A DNA stretch of 64,000 nucleotides from an uncultured Aminiphilus sp. (GTDB taxonomy: Bacteria; Synergistota; Synergistia; Synergistales; Aminiphilaceae). The first letter of the stretch is position 1; each line of letters opens with the position of its first letter. Below the pieces are notes generated by a model. It searched no databases. It saw nothing but the letters and a program-made list of their open reading frames with translations, and had not been told where the DNA came from. Of the stretch, positions 44,757 to 54,294 are shown piece by piece. Both the position numbers and the translations under genes were made by a program. The stretch covers positions 828,124 to 892,123 of the forward strand of contig CAXXQU010000001.1 of the NCBI GenBank assembly GCA_963666395.2. Reading direction: 5' to 3'.

Positions 44757-47111
44757 ATGGAGAAGCGGGAAGGGCCTTTACGGACCCCCGTACTTCCCGT
44801 TCGGGATCTTGTGCTTTTCCCGGGCATCATCGTTCCCCTTTTCGTGGGGCGTCCCCGTTCTCTCAAGGCCTTGGAAGACGCCATGCTGGGAGATAAAACC
44901 ATCTTCGTGGTGGCCCAGAAAGACATTAACGTGGACGAACCCGGATGGGAGGATTTTTATTCCGTGGGCACTCTCTGCCAAGTCATTCAGATGGTGCGGG
45001 TTCCCGACGGGACTACCAAGGCATTGGTGGAGGGCCTTTCCCGGGCCAGGGCTTTGGAGTATTTTCACGATACCACCCACTTCGAAGCGGTGGTGGATGT
45101 GGTGGAACCCCTTCGGGAGGAGGATGTCCTGGCGGAGGGTGAAACGTCCTCTCTGGAACCCTTGAGGCGGAGTGTGCTCGCTCACTTCGAGCGTTATGCC
45201 ACTCTGCATCCGAAAATCCCCGGAGAGGTGATCATGTCGGTGCATTCCATCGAAGATCCCCATCAACTTGCGGATATCGTGGCATCCCATCTTCTCGTAC
45301 GGGTTCAGGATAAACAAAAGCTTTTGGAGATTCTCGATCCTGTACTTCGCCTGGAAGAACTCTTCAAACTCCTTCTTGCGGAAATCGAGATTCTGGAGCT
45401 GGAGCACGATATTCACGACCGAGTGCGGCAGGAGATGGAGAAAAGCAACCGGGAATATTATCTTAAGGAACAGCTTCGGGTCATTCAGGATGAACTCGGC
45501 CAGGGGGATTTGCCTCCCGAAATCGGAGAATACCGAAAGAAGATCGAAGCTTCGAAAATGCCGAAATCCGTGGAGGAACGGGCTTTCAAGGAGCTGGACC
45601 GGTTCGTGAAAATGCCCTCCATGTCTGCGGAGGCTACGGTGGTGCGAACCTATCTGGATTGGCTCGTGGAGCTTCCATGGCAGAAGAGTTCTCGGGATCG
45701 TCTGGACATTCGGACCGCCCAACAGGTGCTCGAAGAGGATCACTACGGTATGGAGAAGATAAAAGAGCGGGTTCTCGAATTTCTCGCGGTGCGGAAACAT
45801 GCGGGAAAGGATGGCCGGGGACAGGTGCTTTGTTTCGTGGGGCCTCCGGGGGTGGGAAAAACCTCTCTGGGGCGTTCCATCGCCCGGGCTTTGGGGCGCA
45901 AGTTCGTGAATATCTCCCTCGGAGGTATGCGGGATGAGGCGGAAATTCGGGGGCATCGACGTACCTACGTGGGGGCCCTGCCGGGGCGGATTATTCAGAA
46001 AATCCGCCAGGCGGGAACTCGAAATCCCGTGATGCTTTTGGACGAGATCGACAAGATCGGTTCGGATTTCCGGGGAGATCCTGCGGCGGCACTACTGGAG
46101 GTGCTGGATCCGGAGCAGAACAATTCCTTTGCGGATCACTTTCTGGAGCTTCCCTTCGATCTCAGCAAGGTGCTCTTCCTCACTACCGCCAACGTAACCC
46201 ATACCATTCCCCGGGCTCTTCTGGACCGCATGGAGCTCATTCATCTTCCGGGCTACGTGCAGGAGGAAAAGGTGCACATCGCCCGGAAACATCTCTGGCC
46301 CAAGGTTTGCCGGGAGCATGGCCTTCGGGAGGAACAGATAGCCCTTTCCGCTTCCGCCTTGGAACATATTATCCAGAACTATACCCGGGAAGCGGGAGTG
46401 CGAAGCTTGGAGCGCCATCTTTCCAAGCTGGCCCGAAAGATTACCCGGAATCTGGTGGAACTCGGAGAAAAGGGAAATCCCGAACCCGAGAAGGTGGTGG
46501 TGAACACCACGAACCTTAAAAAGTATCTCGGGCCTCCCATGGTTCGGGATATGCGCATTCCCTTGGAGGATTCCGTGGGCACCGTGGTGGGGCTCGCCTG
46601 GACCGAAAGCGGGGGAGATACCCTCGTGGTGGAGACCATGGTCATCAAGGGAAAGGGAAATGTGCTTCTCACGGGAAATCTGGGAAACATCATGCAGGAA
46701 TCCGCCAAGACCGCTCTGGGATACATTCGGGGTACCCGAATCGTGGAGGATCTGGAATGGGACAAAACAGACGTGCACGTACACGTTCCCGAGGGTGCCA
46801 TTCCAAAGGACGGTCCCTCTGCGGGCATTACCCTGGCGGTGGGCATGATTTCCAGCATCAAAAAGGTGCCGGTGCGCAACGATCTCGCCATGACCGGAGA
46901 GATTACCCTCCGGGGCAATGTCCTTCCCATAGGAGGGGTTCGAGAGAAGATCCTCGCCGCCAAGCGCCAGGATATTCGGGAGGTGCTCATTCCCGAAGGT
47001 AACAAAAGCGATGTGGAGCAGCTTCCGCGGTGGGTGCTTTCGGGAATAACCGTACACTATGTACGGCATCTGGATGACGTGCTACGCCATGCCTTCCGAA
47101 CACCTCTATAA
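44757..47111 (+). CDS. lon: Lon protease
   Basis: 784 aa with Walker A GPPGVGKTS and the catalytic Ser context PKDGPSAG. It starts immediately after the clpX stop. Confidence 0.97.
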   Translation: MEKREGPLRTPVLPVRDLVLFPGIIVPLFVGRPRSLKALEDAMLGDKTIFVVAQKDINVDEPGWEDFYSVGTLCQVIQMVRVPDGTTKALVEGLSRARALEYFHDTTHFEAVVDVVEPLREEDVLAEGETSSLEPLRRSVLAHFERYATLHPKIPGEVIMSVHSIEDPHQLADIVASHLLVRVQDKQKLLEILDPVLRLEELFKLLLAEIEILELEHDIHDRVRQEMEKSNREYYLKEQLRVIQDELGQGDLPPEIGEYRKKIEASKMPKSVEERAFKELDRFVKMPSMSAEATVVRTYLDWLVELPWQKSSRDRLDIRTAQQVLEEDHYGMEKIKERVLEFLAVRKHAGKDGRGQVLCFVGPPGVGKTSLGRSIARALGRKFVNISLGGMRDEAEIRGHRRTYVGALPGRIIQKIRQAGTRNPVMLLDEIDKIGSDFRGDPAAALLEVLDPEQNNSFADHFLELPFDLSKVLFLTTANVTHTIPRALLDRMELIHLPGYVQEEKVHIARKHLWPKVCREHGLREEQIALSASALEHIIQNYTREAGVRSLERHLSKLARKITRNLVELGEKGNPEPEKVVVNTTNLKKYLGPPMVRDMRIPLEDSVGTVVGLAWTESGGDTLVVETMVIKGKGNVLLTGNLGNIMQESAKTALGYIRGTRIVEDLEWDKTDVHVHVPEGAIPKDGPSAGITLAVGMISSIKKVPVRNDLAMTGEITLRGNVLPIGGVREKILAAKRQDIREVLIPEGNKSDVEQLPRWVLSGITVHYVRHLDDVLRHAFRTPL

Positions 47112-47136
47112 GCCTCGGGCCGCGGAAGTGCCTCCC

Positions 47137-47760
47137 ATGCATTGGCAGGTGACGTTGGAACACACCTGTTTTTTGCCTTCCCAGCTTCCATTGGAGCCCG
47201 GTTTGGGGGAGGTGGTTTTTTGCGGTCGTTCCAACGTGGGAAAGTCCACGCTCATCAACGCCCTCTTCGGGCGTAAGATCGCCCACACCAGCGGAACCCC
47301 CGGAAAGACCCGAAGCATCAACTATTATCGGGCTTCTCTGGGAGAGCGGGCCTGGTACATCGTGGACGTGCCGGGATACGGATACGCCAAAAGGGGAGGA
47401 GAGGAGCGGAATGCCTGGCTTCACCTCATGGAAGTCTATTTTTCTAAAAGCCCCAATATCGCTGTGGTGATGCATCTGGTGGATTTTCGTCACGGCCTTC
47501 TGGAGAACGACAAAACCCTTCAGAAGTGGCTTCATGATATGAAACTTCCCCTTCAGGTGGTTTTTACCAAGGCGGATAAGATCGCCAGGAGCAAACATCG
47601 GGGGATGGTACAGCAGTACGTAAAGAAGGGACTCTATTCTCTCGATAAACCCTACGTTACCGGAGCGGAGAAAAAGTTCGGAATTCCGGAATTTCAGAGA
47701 GGTATTTATGAATTTCTCTTTCCGGAATCGGAAGAAGAATACATACACCAAGGCTCGTAA
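47137..47760 (+). CDS. engB: Ribosome biogenesis GTPase EngB/YsxC
   Basis: G1 motif GRSNVGKSTLIN and DVPGYGYA. The start is approximate (ATG 47137 or GTG 47128). The track ORF from 47059 overlaps lon. Confidence 0.88.
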   Translation: MHWQVTLEHTCFLPSQLPLEPGLGEVVFCGRSNVGKSTLINALFGRKIAHTSGTPGKTRSINYYRASLGERAWYIVDVPGYGYAKRGGEERNAWLHLMEVYFSKSPNIAVVMHLVDFRHGLLENDKTLQKWLHDMKLPLQVVFTKADKIARSKHRGMVQQYVKKGLYSLDKPYVTGAEKKFGIPEFQRGIYEFLFPESEEEYIHQGS

Positions 47761-47788
47761 GATTTCTTTTTTCTTTGGAGGGATAGAA

Positions 47789-50473
47789 ATGAACCGCCGT
47801 AAAACACTTGATTCCTTGAGCAAAACCTATGATCCCGCTCCCATCGAGGATGCGTGGTATGCCCGATGGCAGGAAGCCGGGCTCTTCGTGGGAGATCCGG
47901 AGTACAAAGGGGAAGGAAAGAATTTCTCCATCGTCATTCCTCCTCCCAACGTTACGGGTTCTCTTCACATGGGGCATGCCTTCAATAATACCCTCCAGGA
48001 TATTATTTGCCGTTACCGTCGTATGCAGGGGGATAACGTGCTCTGGCTTCCCGGCACGGATCATGCGGGAATCGCCACCCAGAACGTGGTGGAAAAACAG
48101 CTTGCCAAGGAAGGGCTTTCCCGGCACGATTTGGGGCGAGAGGCCTTCGAAGCCCGGGTGTGGGAGTGGAAGGAGCAGTACGGCAACCGCATCATCAACC
48201 AGCTTAAAAAGCTTGGAGCTTCCTGTGACTGGGATCGGGAACGCTTTACCATGGATGAAGGGCTCTCCCGGGCGGTGCGGGAGGTTTTTGTGGAGTTGTA
48301 TAAAAAAGGCCTCATCTATCGGGGAAAATATATCATCAACTGGTGTTCCCGGTGCCAAACCGCCCTTTCGGACCTTGAGGTGGAGCACAAGGAGCTTCCT
48401 GGGCATCTCTATCACGTGGCCTATCCCTTCGAGGACGGAGACGGTGTTCTTACGGTGGCCACCACCCGACCGGAAACCATTCTGGGAGATGTGGCCATCG
48501 CGGTGCATCCTCGGGACGAGAAGAACGGCAAGTATCTGGGACGAAACGTTCGGGTTCCCCTGACGGACCGGATTATTCCCGTTATCGAGGATAACATGGT
48601 GGACCCCGAGTTCGGCACGGGATGCGTCAAGATCACTCCAGCCCACGATCCCAACGACTTTTTGGTGGGGCAGCGGCACGATCTTCCTCAGATTGCGGTT
48701 ATCGACGATCGACAGATCATGAACGCCGAGGCGGGTATTTATGAAGGATTGCACATTACCGAGGCCCGAAAAAAGGTTGTGGAGGATCTCAAGGCTCAGG
48801 GACTTCTAACGAAGGTGGAGGAACACCTTCATTCCGTGGGGCATTGTTACCGTTGCGATACCGTGGTGGAGCCCTATCTTTCGGAGCAGTGGTTCGTGAG
48901 AGCCAAGCCTCTGGCGGATGCCGGAGTGGAAGCGGTGCGGCAGGAGCGTATCCATTGGGTTCCCAAACAGTGGGAAAACACCTATTACCAATGGATGGAG
49001 AATATCCGGGACTGGTGCATCTCTCGGCAGCTTTGGTGGGGGCACCGGATTCCCGCATGGAAGTGCGAGAAGTGCGGGCATTTTACGGTGGTTCCCGAAG
49101 CCCCTTCGGTCTGCGAGGCCTGCGGTCATACGGCGTTGCACCAGGACGAGGATGTGCTGGATACCTGGTTCAGCAGCGCCCTCTGGCCTTTTTCCACCCT
49201 TGGGTGGCCCGACAAAACCAAGGAACTCCAAGCCTTCTATCCCACTTCGCTTCTCATGACGGGTTTCGACATCATCTTCTTCTGGGTTTCCCGGATGATC
49301 ATGATGGGATTGGAATTCATGGATGGGGAGGTGCCCTTCCACGACGTCTACATCCACGCTCTGGTGCGAGACGAACACGGTCAGAAGATGAGCAAATCCC
49401 GAGGGAACGTCATCGATCCTCTGGGTATTATCGAAGCCTACGGAGCGGACTCCCTCCGGATGACCCTGGCGGCCCTCACCGTGCAAGGTCGGGATATTTT
49501 CCTCAGCACCAACCGGATAGAAACCTACCGGCACTTCATGAACAAGCTCTGGAACGCCAGCCGGTTCGCCCTGATGCACCTGGAGGAGTTCGACGACTCC
49601 GGGGATGCTCCCGAAACGGAGATGTTGCGCCTTCAGGATCGCTGGATTTTGGAGCGTACCCGACGGATGGCTCGGGAAACCTCCAGGCTTTTGGACGGCT
49701 ACTTCTTCGGTGAAGCCGCCCGGGGGCTTTACGATTTCGTGTGGTCCGAACTCTGTGATTGGTATCTCGAAATGGCCAAGCCCGCCCTTTACGGCAACGA
49801 GGGGGAAGAGCGCAAACAGGCTTCCCGGTGGGTGCTCGCCAAGATTTTCCGGGAGACCCTCCAGATGTTGCATCCCTTTATTCCCTTCGCAACCGAGGAG
49901 CTGTGGAGTGCCTTCGGTTTCGACGGCGAAGAGCAAACCCTTCTCGAAAGGAGCGGCTGGCCTTCCTTTGACGAAATGGATCGAGAGCCGGAAATTCTCG
50001 AGGAAATGGAACAGTTTCAGGAAATGATCCGGGCTTTGCGGAATCTCCGGGCCGAGGCGGGGTTGGCACCGCAGCAAATGGCTCCTTCCATCGCCATTGC
50101 CACGGAGGACTCTTGGGTGCGGAATTCCGTGGAGGCAAACCGGGACCTGATTTCCCTTTTAGGAAGAGTGGAGGTGATTTCCCTCGTCGGAGCGGGAGAA
50201 CGACCCAAACAGAGCCTTGCGGCGGTGCTTTCCCGGCGAACCCTCTTTCTGGGAGTGGGAAATATCCTGGATGTACCTTCCGAGGTGGAGCGTCTCGGGA
50301 AAGAGCTGGAAAAGATCGAAGGGGATATTCTCAAGGGAGAGAAAAAGCTGGAAAACGAAAGCTTTCTCGCCAAGGCCCCGGAAGAGGTGGTTTCCAAGGA
50401 GCGGGAAAGATTACAGGAAGCTCGGGAGCGCCGGAACCGGATTCTGGAAAATCTCGAAAGCCTCTCGGCCTAA
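47789..50473 (+). CDS. valS: Valine--tRNA ligase
   Basis: Has PNVTGSLHMGHAF (HIGH), KMSKS, and a C-terminal coiled coil. ATG 47789 lies 7 nt after GGAGGG. Confidence 0.97.
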   Translation: MNRRKTLDSLSKTYDPAPIEDAWYARWQEAGLFVGDPEYKGEGKNFSIVIPPPNVTGSLHMGHAFNNTLQDIICRYRRMQGDNVLWLPGTDHAGIATQNVVEKQLAKEGLSRHDLGREAFEARVWEWKEQYGNRIINQLKKLGASCDWDRERFTMDEGLSRAVREVFVELYKKGLIYRGKYIINWCSRCQTALSDLEVEHKELPGHLYHVAYPFEDGDGVLTVATTRPETILGDVAIAVHPRDEKNGKYLGRNVRVPLTDRIIPVIEDNMVDPEFGTGCVKITPAHDPNDFLVGQRHDLPQIAVIDDRQIMNAEAGIYEGLHITEARKKVVEDLKAQGLLTKVEEHLHSVGHCYRCDTVVEPYLSEQWFVRAKPLADAGVEAVRQERIHWVPKQWENTYYQWMENIRDWCISRQLWWGHRIPAWKCEKCGHFTVVPEAPSVCEACGHTALHQDEDVLDTWFSSALWPFSTLGWPDKTKELQAFYPTSLLMTGFDIIFFWVSRMIMMGLEFMDGEVPFHDVYIHALVRDEHGQKMSKSRGNVIDPLGIIEAYGADSLRMTLAALTVQGRDIFLSTNRIETYRHFMNKLWNASRFALMHLEEFDDSGDAPETEMLRLQDRWILERTRRMARETSRLLDGYFFGEAARGLYDFVWSELCDWYLEMAKPALYGNEGEERKQASRWVLAKIFRETLQMLHPFIPFATEELWSAFGFDGEEQTLLERSGWPSFDEMDREPEILEEMEQFQEMIRALRNLRAEAGLAPQQMAPSIAIATEDSWVRNSVEANRDLISLLGRVEVISLVGAGERPKQSLAAVLSRRTLFLGVGNILDVPSEVERLGKELEKIEGDILKGEKKLENESFLAKAPEEVVSKERERLQEARERRNRILENLESLSA

Positions 50474-50548
50474 CATGTGGAACGCTGGGATCCAGGCAGG
50501 ACACACGTTCATTCCCGGATTCCAGCGTTGTTTTCTTCGGAGAAAAAA

Positions 50549-51877
50549 ATGGAGCTTTTTCGGATAGTCCAAAAAGAGCGGGAAGGCTATGATGCCCTGG
50601 AACGGGCGATGATCCGCACGGCCAGCCCTGGCATTCGTCCGGGACTTTCACGGATATCCCGGCTTCTCCGCATGCTGGGAAATCCCGAAAAAACGCTTCC
50701 GGTGATCCATGTGGCGGGAACCAACGGCAAGGGGTCCACCGGAGCTTTTCTTGAACGTATTTTCTGTTCCGCGGGATACGTCACAGGATTTTATACGAGC
50801 CCTCATCTGGTGGCTCTGGGAGAACGCTTTCTCGTAAAAGGCCTTCCCCTCTCCTCGAAGGAGTGGCTCCGGGAATGGGAAACCATCGAAGCCCTTCTCG
50901 CCCCCCTTCCCCTTTCGGAAATTCCTTCGTATTTCGAGATTCTTACGGCCCTGGCCTTTCTTCTGGCGAAGAGGGCGGAAGTGGAAGTGCTGATCCTGGA
51001 GGCGGGCATGGGGGGGCGTTACGATGCCACCAACGTTGCCGCCCCTGTAAAGGCTTCGGTGATTACCACCATCGGAGAGGACCATCAGGAGTATCTCGGA
51101 CATACTCTGGAGCAAATCGGAGAGGAGAAATTCGCCATCGTTCGTCCCCGCAGCTTTGCCTCTTTCCGGGGAGGAGTGCCGGTGCTGGAGGAAAATTTTC
51201 TCCGGGCGGTTCGCAGGGTAGGAGGGCGGGAACATCTTTTCTCCCGAAGCTGCGAAGTCCGGAATGCGGAGCCTACCCCCAAGGGGACCCGTTTCTCCTT
51301 CGAAGAGAAGGATCTTCTGTTGCCCCGGGTGGAGGTTTCCCTTCTGGGGAGGCATCAGGTGGAAAACGGAGCCCACGCTCTTTCGGTGGCATGGAATGTG
51401 CGGGAGACGTTTCCCCGAATCGAAAAGAATCATCTTCTTCGGGGGCTTAAGGAGGCTTTTTGGCCCTTCCGGGGCAGTCTTATTCCGGGAAATCCTCCTC
51501 TCTTTGCGGATGGAGTCCATAATCCGGAAGGGGCCCAGGCTTTTGCGGCCATGGTGAAGGAGCGTTGGCAGGATCTTTCCGGAAAGGTCCTGGTCTTTTC
51601 CTGCATGAAGGATAAGGATGCTCCTCGAATGCTGGATTCTCTTCGGGGGTGTGCGGAGGAGATTATATGCACCTCCGTTCCCGGAGTGGATCGCTCCTCC
51701 TCCGCAAAGGACCTTCGAGAGATCGCCTTGTCCAGGGGATGGAAACTCTGTGAAGCCTGCCCTTCTCCGGTGGAGGCGCTGGAACGTGCGAAAAGTCGGG
51801 GAAGCATGGTTCTGGTGGGAGGAAGCCTCTATCTTCTGGGATATCTCGCCTCCAAAGAAGCTCTGCCCTTGCCATGA
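50549..51877 (+). CDS. folC: Folylpolyglutamate synthase / dihydrofolate synthase
   Basis: P-loop HVAGTNGKGST. ATG 50549 follows GGAG. The conserved valS-folC order is kept. Confidence 0.9.
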   Translation: MELFRIVQKEREGYDALERAMIRTASPGIRPGLSRISRLLRMLGNPEKTLPVIHVAGTNGKGSTGAFLERIFCSAGYVTGFYTSPHLVALGERFLVKGLPLSSKEWLREWETIEALLAPLPLSEIPSYFEILTALAFLLAKRAEVEVLILEAGMGGRYDATNVAAPVKASVITTIGEDHQEYLGHTLEQIGEEKFAIVRPRSFASFRGGVPVLEENFLRAVRRVGGREHLFSRSCEVRNAEPTPKGTRFSFEEKDLLLPRVEVSLLGRHQVENGAHALSVAWNVRETFPRIEKNHLLRGLKEAFWPFRGSLIPGNPPLFADGVHNPEGAQAFAAMVKERWQDLSGKVLVFSCMKDKDAPRMLDSLRGCAEEIICTSVPGVDRSSSAKDLREIALSRGWKLCEACPSPVEALERAKSRGSMVLVGGSLYLLGYLASKEALPLP

Positions 51878-52611
51878 AAATACAATCCTGGGGCATGGAT
51901 TATTTTTCGCTGGCCTTTCGGGAGTTTCGAGATTTTTTCGAACTTTTCCTTTTCGGTGCCGGAGAACTTTCCGAAGAGGCGAGCCGCATTCCCGAGAAGT
52001 CTCGTGAAGCTCTTCAACCCCTGGGGGGCGAGAAAAAAATTCTCCTTCCTCGTCAGGTGCACGGAAAGAGAATTCTGCTTCCCCAAGAGACTTTTGAAAA
52101 GGTTTTGCCCGAAGGAGACGGGATTTTCCTTTCGGATTCCTCTTGGAGAGGCCTGCTTCGTTTTGCGGACTGCTGTCCCCTGATTCTTTTCTCCACCGAT
52201 CCCTCTCCCTGGATGCTTTTGCTTCACGTGGGATTTCGAGGGGCTCTGGAGGGCATTGTGCAGGAGGGATGGAAAACGGTGCGGAAGCGGTTTCCGGAAA
52301 TCTCTCCGGAAAGCTGCAGGGCCTTTGTGGGGCCCGCCATTCGAGGGTGCTGTTATTCCAGAAAAATGGAAGATCCCCTTACCCTTCGGGGAAGAAATCT
52401 TTTTTCCTCCGAATCGTGGCAGTGCCGGGAGGACCTGTGCTTTTTCGATCTTCCCCGGATGGGGCTTTCCCTTCTGCAAAACCTCGGCATGAGACGAGAA
52501 AGAATATGGGTTCTGGAGGAATGCGTGTGCTGCGGCCCCTCGAAATGGTATTCCTATCGGCGGGGGAATCGGGAACAGCGCAACGTTCTTTTGGGAGGAC
52601 TGCGAAAATAA
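51874..52611 (+). CDS. pgeF: YfiH/PgeF-family (DUF152) peptidoglycan editing factor / purine nucleoside phosphorylase-like
   Basis: 245 aa with QVHG, ADCCPL, HVGFRG and C-terminal Cys/His ligands. ATGA overlap with the folC stop. Confidence 0.85.
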   Translation: MKIQSWGMDYFSLAFREFRDFFELFLFGAGELSEEASRIPEKSREALQPLGGEKKILLPRQVHGKRILLPQETFEKVLPEGDGIFLSDSSWRGLLRFADCCPLILFSTDPSPWMLLLHVGFRGALEGIVQEGWKTVRKRFPEISPESCRAFVGPAIRGCCYSRKMEDPLTLRGRNLFSSESWQCREDLCFFDLPRMGLSLLQNLGMRRERIWVLEECVCCGPSKWYSYRRGNREQRNVLLGGLRK

Positions 52612-52708
52612 AAAGTTTTTTGCCACTTTTTGCGGGTTTGGCGGGATAAGTCTTATGAACGAGGGAAACAGGTCTTTCGCATAGAAAACTGCCGAAAAAG
52701 ATTGGAGT

Positions 52709-53686
52709 GTGGATATGGTGCTGCCGTTACGGGTAGGCGTTATCGGGGTGGGGCATTTGGGATTTCATCATGCTCGGCTTTATTCTGAAATACTTGGGGT
52801 GCATTTGGCGGGAGTGGTGGATGTTAACGAAGACCGGGCCATGACCACCAGCCATGCCTTGGGGGTTCCCTATTTTACGGATGTCCGGGAATTTATCGAT
52901 AAATGCCATCCCCACGCCCTGAGTATCGTAGTCCCTACGAGCCTTCATTTCGAAATCAGCAAACTCGCCCTGGAAAAGGGAATTCATGTGCTCATCGAAA
53001 AACCCGTAACTTCCACGGTGGAAGAGGCGGAGGAGCTACTCACTCTCGCGGCGAAGAAAAATCTGCTTCTTCAGGTCGGGCATGTGGAGCGTTTCAACAG
53101 CGCCATTCAGCATGTTTCCAGTATCGTCCACTCCCCCATGCTTCTTCAATCTCGCCGGGTGGGGCCTTTTTCTCCTCGGGTAAGCGATGTGGGAGTTGTA
53201 TTGGATCTCATGATTCACGATATCGATATCGTGCTTTCCCTGGTCCCTTCGGAGATCGTCAACATTTCCGCCATGGGGCGTTCCGTGTGTTCGAACCACG
53301 AAGACATTGCCTCGGCGCATCTTCAATTCGCCAACGGCACCATTGCGGACATTCTGGTTAGCCGAGTTTCTCAGAGAAGACTCCGGCGCCTGGAAATTCT
53401 CGAGGCCGAGCGGACCATTGCGGTGAATTACGAAACTCAGGATGTTTCCATCCACCGTTGCATGAGGGAAAACGGTCAGGGCCTCGTGGAAATCGTGGAA
53501 CAGCCCATTTTCCCCAAAAAGGAACCTCTCAAACTCGAACTGCAGCATTTCGTCTCCTGTGTCCGGGAGGGTCGGCAGCCTCTTGTGGGTATCGGAGACG
53601 GAAAGCGGGCTCTCGAAGTAGCGGTGGCGGTACTTCGCCAGATCAGCCTCAATCGAAACAAGGTTATGCAGGAGTGCGTGGTCTAA
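52709..53686 (+). CDS. Gfo/Idh/MocA-family NAD(P)-dependent oxidoreductase
   Basis: 325 aa with Rossmann N-terminus RVGVIGVGHLGFHH and the EKP motif (VLIEKPV). Confidence 0.88.
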   Translation: MDMVLPLRVGVIGVGHLGFHHARLYSEILGVHLAGVVDVNEDRAMTTSHALGVPYFTDVREFIDKCHPHALSIVVPTSLHFEISKLALEKGIHVLIEKPVTSTVEEAEELLTLAAKKNLLLQVGHVERFNSAIQHVSSIVHSPMLLQSRRVGPFSPRVSDVGVVLDLMIHDIDIVLSLVPSEIVNISAMGRSVCSNHEDIASAHLQFANGTIADILVSRVSQRRLRRLEILEAERTIAVNYETQDVSIHRCMRENGQGLVEIVEQPIFPKKEPLKLELQHFVSCVREGRQPLVGIGDGKRALEVAVAVLRQISLNRNKVMQECVV

Positions 53687-53716
53687 AAAAAGGCTCAGGG
53701 GCTCTTAAAAAAAAGC

Positions 53717-53744
53717 AAAGGGGGGAATTTTCCCCCTTTTTTTT
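53717..53744 (+). terminator. Rho-independent terminator
   Basis: GGGGGA-ATTT-TCCCCC followed by eight T residues. Confidence 0.8.
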
Positions 53745-53813
53745 GTCTCTTTTTCGAGTATCCTAGAACGAAGATGCGAGGTGTTTCCAAAAAAAGGGGA
53801 GGTGAGGGGATCC

Positions 53814-53996
53814 ATGGCTCCGCAAAGAAAGAAAAACGGTCCAGCCAAGCAGGTCCTTATCGTTTTGACGGTGGTGTTTTTCGCTTTGAGCATTGTTTAT
53901 CTCGTCGTCCTTTATGCTCACCCTAATCGAGTTTTTATGGATAACATCATTCTCAACCTGATTGTAGAAAAACACACTCCTCAGGGAGATGAGTAG
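53814..53996 (+). CDS. Hypothetical single-pass membrane protein (60 aa)
   Basis: ATG 53814 follows GGGGAGGTGAGGGG. Basic N-terminus, then a TM segment (VLIVLTVVFFALSIVYLVVL). Confidence 0.4.
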   Translation: MAPQRKKNGPAKQVLIVLTVVFFALSIVYLVVLYAHPNRVFMDNIILNLIVEKHTPQGDE

Positions 53997-54060
53997 TGTT
54001 TTTCTTTCCGAAGTCGTTCTTCCGTAGAACAAAGACATTTTACTATCGAGGAGGAATATC

Positions 54061-54270
54061 ATGCCGGCGGTAAATCTTCAAGCTCTGGTGGCGCTGGGGC
54101 TTTTTCTTCTTTCTCTGGGAGTGGCCCGAATGGTAAACAACATTACCTCCGGGAAATGGCCGGGAAATGATATGTGGGTTCTCTATCTTCGCATGCTTCT
54201 CGGATTTCTCTTTACGGGATCCATTATTCTAGGCTTCTATTCCTTTGCGGGGAAGGTTATTCTTTTTTAG
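54061..54270 (+). CDS. Hypothetical two-TM membrane protein (69 aa)
   Basis: GAGGAGGA RBS and two hydrophobic helices. Confidence 0.5.
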   Translation: MPAVNLQALVALGLFLLSLGVARMVNNITSGKWPGNDMWVLYLRMLLGFLFTGSIILGFYSFAGKVILF

Positions 54271-54294
54271 CGAAGGGAAAGGAGGAGTTTTGCG